From assembly GCF_964355755.1 (NCBI RefSeq), contig NC_092670.1:38056388-38120387 (forward strand): a DNA stretch of 64,000 bases, written 5' to 3'. Source of the DNA: Antedon mediterranea. Its lineage: Eukaryota; Animalia; Echinodermata. This document shows positions 56,601-64,000 of this stretch, one piece after another. Both the position numbers and the translations under genes were made by a program. A model generated the notes under the pieces. It had not been told where the DNA came from. It worked only from the letters and a program-made list of their open reading frames with translations, and searched no databases. Every line of letters begins with the position of its first letter. Within the stretch, counting starts at the first letter, position 1.

Positions 56601-59600
56601 TCACTGAAATGGTGCCCGTCCATTGGTGGAGAAAACCGCTTGACTTCTCGGATAAGGACTTTAAAGAACCTAGTACATCTTTCGAGACGAGTGGGGAGTT
56701 TCCCCGTTGTACTAGTACATCACAGCCACTGATCATAACTGGGCCCTCTTTATATATATATTATAATGATGATTTTATTTGTTTATTTTACAGCCTCAGG
56801 TGCACACCCCAGATGGACACCGTGCACCATTCCCAGGAATTCGTAGCAAGAAGATGTGCGACAGCGACACCCAGACGCAGAATAGCAATTACAGCAACGA
56901 AGAAAGTAGTGACGGAAGTCGTTCGGCTAGCCGCAGCTATTCAGAATCCCCACCTATGGAAGGATCTCAGCCATCTAGCAGGGCTAGTTCATCCGGTCCA
57001 GTTGAACAGAAGAATGAAAAAGGTTTGTAATTAGGCCCCATATAAAAAATTATTATTTTATCACCAGCTTAAAACTGATAAGGGAGGGCGGTTTTTTTTT
57101 TTCACTCCTCACACTGGTGTCTACGGGTCAGTCTCAGCAATTTCTAAAAATAGAAATTTCACTAAGCATGCTGTTGGCTTAGCCCTCTAGGCTAGCATTC
57201 AAACCTAGGCCTAGCCCAATGCTAACATACAATAGGCCTAGCCTCCTTAGTGTGGTGATAAACTAATCACTTGTTTTTTGTTGTTGTTTTATTGATTTTT
57301 CACAAATAATACAAATATATTCCTTTATAAATCATTCAGTATATATAAATATGAATGGTGGTCAAAATAGACTTTAAGCAGAGACCACCATTAACAAAAT
57401 AGAAAAAAAAATACAATGAGGTTAATGTACAATAATTTAATAAATAAATGTACTTCAGGTTTGTATGTAAAAAGAGCCTAAAATCAGTTTCAATCGGTTA
57501 GTGCTGGTTTAAATGGGTACTTGTTGGGAGAGGAGAACCCCCTCCCTGCCCCCTTCTTCCTAGGAATCATGTACAAGTACTATATCATGTTTAATTAAAT
57601 TATCTTGATATGATTACAGATATTATGTTATCTCTTCTGAAAATGATACTTTGTCATCAATACTAAAATACACTTAGTGTCTACAAGCCTTTTTTGACTA
57701 GAACATTTATATTTTCAGGTGATACATCACCCGATTTGATCTCAGGTACTAAATATGCATCGTCACCAGGTGTTAACAAATCCTATCTGTTAACAAGAGA
57801 ACCACCAGAGGGATGTGAAAAGGTTCTCAAAACTTTCTCTGATCCCATGTAAGTTTTTTCAATTTTATTTTCACACTACTGTATCCAAAAAAAAACCAAG
57901 TCTCATATGAGACTTAGTTTGTGGGACTGAATTGGCCATCAGAAAAATCCTGGTAATATATGACAGGATTGCGTTTGGTGAGCAAGTATGTTGACCATCA
58001 AGGCACCGTGCCACTACCCATTGGACGATATCTGATCACATGGCATTGTTTAGTATTTTTTCACTTGCTGAGGCAGGTACATAATTTGTTTTCACTGTTA
58101 GGGCCTGTTTCTGCTGCATCAAAAATAACCGGTTAAAATCGGTGTGAATAAATTAAAATCGGTGTGAATAAATTAACTCCATTTTCTTGGCAGCAGAAAC
58201 AGGACAAATTTGTGGTAACCGGTTAAAAGGCAGCGCAAAATAACCGGTTAAAAACACCAATTTAAATCGGTGTTAGAACGCCGTTTAACCGGTTATCGCT
58301 GAGCAATTCTTAGCTGCAACACGAAATAACGGTTATTTGATTGACAGTTGTGACCCCGGGTCAGATACCGTCGCATACGATGTGTGTTTTCCTCGTGGTT
58401 TTGACAGTCGAACGAAGAAGTGAACATGTATGTGGATGAATGAAATCACAAGATATGTTATTCAGTTGTGGGGGGAGAGAAAGTACGGGGAAAGATGGCA
58501 GGCAATAGAAAAGAATCACAGATAATAAATAAGAGCATTTTTGCGAAAGTAAAAGAGGAGTTTGGGGTGGAGTTCCGGGACTACCCAAAGCTAAGCAATT
58601 TGAGGCGTTAGTACACGCTCGCGAAGGGTATGGATGGTCCTATATAAACACCAAAACTGAAACAAAAAAGGGACTCAGAATGTTGCAAATACCTACCAAA
58701 CGATAGTAGATAATGGTTAATTAATTATGAAAACTCAAATTTTATAGCAAAAATCATCCGAATTTATGTTATAAACGATGAATTTAGCAACAAAAACTTA
58801 ATCCAAACGAGCGTATTTATGGCACGCCCTTAGTGCCTTTAGTAGGAGAACAATGAACATTCTTACTTTGATCGTTTTACATAATATAATTTTTTAGAAA
58901 AACATCACATCGACCGAAAACAAAGGTAATCAGAGCCTTTGATAATATATTAAATATGATTTTATTAAGCATAGAAATGTGTTATTATTTATGTTAGTAC
59001 ATAAATATACGAAATAATGTTCAATACTCATTACTTTATTAAAGGCACTATGTGCGTGCGATATTCTATGTAGTATGACTTGGATACTCTCGTTTTATTT
59101 AAATTTTTGTGGCTAAACTCATCGTTTTTAACATAAATTCGGACGATTTTTGCTATAAAAGTTGGGTTTTCATAATTAATTAACAATTATCTACTCTCGT
59201 TTGGTAGATATTGCAACATTCTGAGTCTCGTTTTTTTTTCCGTTTGGTGTTTTGTAGGACCGCGCTCGCAAAAGACAACAGTCGTTCACGTGTGGGAAGG
59301 GCCGTATTTCATCGCCTTTGTTGAGGATAAAAATTATCCTAGGCGATCGGGCGCTGCACGACCCTCCCCATCATGTTATTGAAGGCGCCATGAGAATTAA
59401 TTTTATTAGCGATGTAAGTAGGCTTTACAAAAAACAAAACTTGTAGACCTGGAGACAACATTTTATTTTTGTAACATGTTTGAGTGAGATGGTCGGCGAT
59501 ATATGCACACGTGTGTACTCACGACGTCGATGTAAACAAACAGCCAACTTACTACTTCCGTCTGAGTGTATTGCATTTTGGGTAATGATGACGTTTTGCT

Positions 59601-60149
59601 CGACGACCACCCATAGATTTAACCGGTTATTTCGGAGCACAAATTGAGCAGAAACGCGGTCTTGTTATTGTTATCTATTTTTAATCTATTTAAAAATAAC
59701 CAGTTAAATTGCGTTATGCAGCAGAAACAGACCCTTAGTGTTATGATATCATGTTTATGTGAGATTAGGTGACTGTTTTATACAGCTGCACTGTAAAATA
59801 CACATGAAGAAAATGAGGGGAATTTCAGCTCCCAACATAACATAATATACTGTATTCAGAATAAGTACAATAAATATAAATCAGCCATTGAATATGGATT
59901 ATTAAATTAACAATATGTTTAGTTTCAGATACAAAGTTCATATTCATGATTAATATGTTTTTGTTCTTTAATAGACATCCAATGTTTGAGGTTGATCAGA
60001 ACAATGGACTGTGTCCAGACAAGACTAAAGTTTATTTCTGCCCTAAAGGTCAGGGTTTGTCCGCCTTCTGTCCACTACCCAACCTACCTGGTGAATTTAC
60101 AAAAACACTACTACAAAACAACAACATTGCTGTTGACGACCAGAAGTGA
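26624..60149 (+). CDS. GLCCI1: GLCCI1/FAM117 family protein, ~413 aa, 7 exons
   Basis: Exons 26624-26885, 44606-44745, 49999-50067, 53225-53461, 56794-57022, 57719-57848, 59975-60149, all GT-AG and phase-consistent. FAM117 motifs: IRRTSSLDTI, GHWPRE, HKRSSSWGSA, SVEGLNQEIE, PDGHRAP, DTQT, KYASSP, REPPEGCEKV, CPDKTKV..SAFCP. The symbol rests on synteny; the gene is probably co-orthologous to GLCCI1, FAM117A and FAM117B. Confidence 0.92.
36443..38456. mobile_element. Non-autonomous TIR DNA transposon, 2.0 kb, 7-bp TSD
   Basis: Perfect 17-bp TIR TAGGTATCCCAATGAAA / TTTCATTGGGATACCTA, flanked by CTCATAC on both sides; CpG-rich interior; no long ORF. Confidence 0.88.
39210..39381 (+). mobile_element. 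~172-bp MITE (family C), copy 1
   Basis: CAGGGAA...TTCCCTG termini, flanking duplication CATGTT; near-identical to 39903-40077 (inverted) and 45532-45698. Confidence 0.85.
39903..40077 (-). mobile_element. MITE family C, copy 2 (inverted)
   Basis: Reverse complement of 39210-39381; flanking duplication GTAAT. Confidence 0.85.
40721..40915 (-). mobile_element. L2-clade LINE 3' end
   Basis: Minus-strand translation GHRSFSFAAPTLWNSFPPQIK matches the L2/CR1-group C-terminal motif; followed by an (AAT)n tail. Confidence 0.75.
45532..45698 (+). mobile_element. MITE family C, copy 3 (right terminus lost)
   Basis: Same sequence and orientation as 39210-39381. Confidence 0.8.
46355..47165 (+). mobile_element. 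5'-truncated LINE (CR1/L2/Crack group): RT C-terminus plus 3'UTR
   Basis: ORF 46385-46933 contains LGVTIQDNLKWDTHI, YKSFIRPIIEYACPTW, IQKRFLR, RTERFKKS; followed by AATAAA (47134) and an A-rich repeated tail. Confidence 0.9.
47203..47375. mobile_element. Palindromic Harbinger-like MITE
   Basis: TAA then AGCTTGGTTCCCACTAG; arms with ACGCAACGCAAG / CTTGCGTTGCGT; degenerate right end CTAGTAAGAAC. Confidence 0.7.
49467..49760. mobile_element. Tc1/mariner (pogo-like) MITE
   Basis: TA-CCGTATATCCTCGGGTATA ... TATACAAGAGGATACGG-TA; TA target duplication. Confidence 0.7.
50168..50410 (+). repeat. 17/19-bp minisatellite
   Basis: Unit gctattccatctatcgt(gc), ~14 copies. Confidence 0.95.
50420..51590 (+). 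repeat. 29-bp minisatellite, ~40 copies
   Basis: Unit ttttactaccatccatgtacattc(a/t)ttca. Confidence 0.97.
52561..52868 (+). repeat. 30/31-bp hairpin-unit minisatellite, ~10 copies
   Basis: Unit tatgtgtatgg-ggag-ccatacacata-caaat (11-bp perfect stem). Confidence 0.95.
56590..56745 (+). mobile_element. Possible DeuSINE-like (Deu/Nin domain) fragment
   Basis: ttctcggataaggac...taaagaacctagtacatctttcgagacgagtggggagtttccccg resembles the Deu-domain consensus as I remember it. Confidence 0.4.
58101..59734. mobile_element. Non-autonomous PIF/Harbinger-like transposon, 1.63 kb
   Basis: TIR GGGCCTGTTTCTGCTGCA / TGCAGCAGAAACAGACCC, TTA TSD on both sides, repeated TAACCGGTTA subterminal motifs. Confidence 0.88.
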
Positions 60150-60239
60150 GAGTTGTCTGGTCCGGTTTAGATTGGCTTGGTCTAGGTCAGACTGGCTGGT
60201 CTGGTGCAGTTTGGAAATATCCAGAATAATTTGGTCTAG

Positions 60240-60435
60240 TTCAGACTGGCTTGATCTTGTTCAGACTGGATTGATCAAGTTCAGACTGGATTGATCAAGT
60301 TCAGACTGGATTGATCAAGTTCATACTGTCTTTATCTTGTTCAAACTGGCTTGATCTTGTTCAGACTGGATTGATCTTGTGATCTTTTTCAGACTGGCTT
60401 TATTAAGTTCAGACTGGCTTGATCTAGTGCAGACT
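60240..60435 (+). repeat. 20-bp tandem repeat in the GLCCI1 proximal 3'UTR
   Basis: Unit ttcagactgg(a/c)ttgatc(aag/ttg); degenerate copies extend back toward the stop codon. Confidence 0.9.
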
Positions 60436-62772
60436 ACTGGCATTGTCAAGCATTACAAATCCCTTTTATTCAGGTTGAAGAAAAAGAAATGTACCATATT
60501 TTCTGTTGTGAATGGGAATTATTCAAAAACAACATGTAATACTGTATAACATACAGTAGGTCATTCATACATATTCTAATAAAAGAACTTAGGTTTTAAA
60601 ATTTAGAGTTTCTTAATTAAACAAATTTTCTGCAGAATAAATAAAATCTTGTTTTTGTTCAAACTATTTTGAATAAATTGAATTTTCATGTTTCTATTTA
60701 AAAAAAAAATTAAATTGAAAAAGAAAGAATTATGATATTTGTAAAATAATTAGTTTCATAAACTGGAAACGTGCTTTTATTGTTTACAAAAACAGATTAT
60801 TTAAATTATGATGTTGATTAAAATCAAATGAATTTAACAAAAGATCAAATTTAATTATTTATAAATCTATTTAAAGATGTGATTAAATTGAAATTGTTGG
60901 ATTTTGATAAGGTTTTCAGTTAGACACCTTACTGTTTGAATTTTTGAAGTTTTCAAAGTGCATATTTTTGGAAGAAACCCTAGTTTAATATTTAAAATAA
61001 TATTACAATTATAAGCAATGTCGACTGTTAATTAAGTTTCCGTTCCCTGTGCATTGTCGTCAAGGTGATGTCATTGTCTTGTTTTTTTGGATGACCTTTG
61101 TCAGGATGATCCTACTGCAGTTACTGCAGTAAAGAATTTCTTGTTTTATTGCAATGATGTATGACTAATTTGTTTGAATGTAGATGTTTGAGATAGCCAC
61201 GTCATAATAAACCGTTTATAGTTACTAAAACAAAAAACTTGGTAAATAAATAAACAAAATACAATTACGGCAGCAACAACAATAGAATAATTTTGACATG
61301 GTACCTTAGCATGTTGAATTTCTATAATTTTATGCAAACTATTTTTATGTTGGTGCTTAATAGACTTCTGTTGCATTATATTTTAAGTTACTACAGTAAC
61401 CATTGTAGCCCAAGTATCAGTAAGTGCGTGTGGTATATTTATAAAAATGATGTTTATTACATGCTCCGTATTCATAAATATTCATGATACTTTTGAATGT
61501 TGATGCTGATGCCAAATTTTTTTTCCATTTCTAGGCTCAAAGAAAAATGATTACTTTCATTACATTCTCTGTTTTGAATTGTCATTATTGTAGAACTTCA
61601 GTAGCTTGTATGGTGCTTGTTACGTAAACACAGCAAGTTCTATTTGGTTCTGTCTTGTTAAGACAAAAATTGTGTTTAAAATACACTAAGCTAGACACTT
61701 CCTTATATGGAAGTATGGATGACAAAGATGGTTGAATAATTGTAGTTATTTGTCCATAGAGGAGCTAAGACAGTATTAAATTTAAATTTTGGTTTCAGTA
61801 TTTGCAGATCAACCTATTTTTTTTTTTTTTTTCTTTAACTGCTTATTGGATTTTCTTTGAAATTCTCACTGAACTAGTGAATGTTCAAGAATGGAGGAAT
61901 CCTGGCCTAGTTAACCACAGACTACAGAGGGTCAACAACATTACCTCAGTTGCTTCAGCAACAACCAATTTAATTTAACAGAAATGAGAGGATGTTGGTA
62001 TTACTAAATAGTATGCATTATTTAGTATTGTTTTCTTAGGTGTATTATTTCTGAGTGTAAGGCTGTAGCACCAAAGTAAGAGAGTAATTAATGTTTTTGT
62101 GTTTTATTTAAGAGATATTTTTTATTTTCATGTATTTGAGGAATTTGTTTGAACAATTCTGTCGTAAGAAAAAGATACAACATATAATGCAATTGTCCAA
62201 TATTGGAATTGCTTCAAAATGCAAGCATGGTGTCACTGGGGTTAGTTGTACTCATCACTTTTGGTCTTGTTCGGTGGAACGTCACTACACAGCTCTTATG
62301 TTTTACCTCTATGGCTAGCTACTATAGTGTGTTTTTTTTCACTTTTTATCCCCAATCCAAGTTTTTATTTTCACAATATAGCATATACTACTATATTTAT
62401 ACTAATGAGTAACTTGGTATTTATTTATTTATGGCCTTGTTGTTTGCCTGCTATCTAGCACAAACAGTTGTTTTATGTTGCAGTTAATCGTAATTATTTA
62501 CTGGGTACTGTTCCAAATCGAGCTAACTAAGTCATGATTTATCGCTCAGTAACAAATGTTGTTTTCCTACGTTTATGGAATCTCTTGTGGTTTTTAAACA
62601 GGCTTTTAAAATCTAGATTAATTTATCAAACCCATGTGTATGTCACTATTACATACATTTATGCATACTGTAATTAATCTGTGCATATATGTATAATGTG
62701 AATGTTTAATTCTTAATGCATACAACCTTTTATGTTGATTGTGGCAAAGTTGTACTATTTATTATTATTCAC

Positions 62773-63320
62773 CAACCTGGATTGACAGACTTTTATCTGC
62801 CCTAGATATAGCTTTCAGTAACCCTGGAATTTCATACATTTTAGCTACCCTGGATATTATTTACAACAACCCTGGATTGAAGATTTTTTAGCTACCCTGG
62901 ATATTGCTTTCAGTAACCCTGGATTGAGATACTTTTATCTGCCCTAGATATAGCTTTCGGTAACCTTGGATTTTCATACATTTTAGCTACCCTGGATATT
63001 ATTTACAACAACCCTGGATTGAATATTTTTAGCTACCCTGGATATTATTTACAACAACCTTGGATTTTCATACATTTTAGCTACCCTGGATATTATTTAA
63101 AACAACCGTGAATTGAAGATTTTTAGCTACCCTTGATATTGCTTTCAGTAACCCTGGATTTTCATTTATTTTAGCTACCCTGGATATTATTTACCACAAC
63201 CCTGGATTGAAGATTTTAGCTACCCTGGATGTTGCTTTCAGTAACCCTGGATTGAGATACTTTTAAGTTACCCGGGATATTGCTTGTAACTTAGCTGATT
63301 TCAGCAACCCTGGATTTATT
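62773..63320 (+). repeat. Degenerate ~20/42-bp higher-order minisatellite
   Basis: Alternating tagctaccctggatatt and aaccctggatt subunits. Confidence 0.9.
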
Positions 63321-64000
63321 CAAAGTGCCTTGTAACCCAGCTTATTTGATTTCTGGTTCATTTATTCTTAGTTGAAATCTGTTGCAGATTTTAAATTATT
63401 ATGAATGTCAAATGCTCAAAGTTTTTTTTTTATGTTCATTCAAATCAAAATGTAATTTATTTGCTAATTTGAATTTATTCAATTTTTGTTTTCGATTATG
63501 GCCAAACGTCGTGATTCGCTGGTAATCCAAATATTGCTAATAATAAAACCATGGATTGGTTTATTATTATTTTTTTTTCATTCTTGCATGTAAGTTATGT
63601 AATATAAAAATAGTTTTTGAACTGTATATTTTATCCCTGTTCCTATTTATTATGATTTTTTACTATTAGACATTTAGTTTTTCAGCAGCATTTTTTTTAT
63701 TTTAAAAAGTATTGTTGAGGATGAGAGGGTGAAGAAAATTATATTTTGACGGACTCTGAATGTATTTTAGTTGAGTTGTATATATGAATTTAATATAAGG
63801 CTATCTTCCTGACTTCAGTTGCTCTGAGTTGTGTTGTACAAATTGTAAATTTATCTGTTCTTTTTAAACAGAATGTTCTTTTACATTCGATGTCCTGCAA
63901 AATAAATTTTATTCTATTTTTAAATGGATATCGCAAGCCCAGTGTTTCCTCTGTAGAAAATGCAAACATTTGTTGTCATAGTTGATGTTAGTCATCTTAC

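Noticed and set aside
56609-57034. 141-aa ORF overlapping GLCCI1 exon 5
   Set aside because: Alternative frame joining SINE-like intron sequence to the exon; the conserved PDGHRAP/DTQT motifs are in the other frame.
1-64000. Autonomous transposase, viral or prokaryote-like (defence or HGT) system
   Set aside because: No transposase, integrase or operon-like ORFs were found; all credible coding sequence is explained by four spliced host genes and LINE fragments.

Overview
AT-rich, intron-rich animal genomic DNA, probably an invertebrate deuterostome such as an echinoderm (inferred from composition and repeat style only). Manual splicing gives four complete protein-coding genes: MIOS (+, 19 coding exons, 2849-18164, ~881 aa, GATOR2 subunit), RPA3 (-, 4 exons, 18936-19936, 119 aa, absent from the ORF track), UMAD1 (+, 2 coding exons, 20982-23683, 162 aa) and a GLCCI1/FAM117 gene (+, 7 exons, 26624-60149, ~413 aa). 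As I recall it, this order and orientation matches human 7p21.3, including the head-to-head RPA3/UMAD1 pair. Introns carry many non-autonomous DNA transposons (Harbinger-, Kolobok-, hAT- and Tc1/mariner-type), LINE/SINE fragments, a 5S rRNA pseudogene and minisatellites. The longest ORFs in the track (50-53 kb) are minisatellite artefacts. I found no evidence of a wholly new multi-gene system. The best leads are the conserved four-gene block, a U12-type intron and a duplicated 'poison' splice acceptor in MIOS, TAGGCCTA clusters just downstream of each promoter, and MITE-driven capture and inversion of flanking DNA. All homology calls are from remembered sequences, not database searches.
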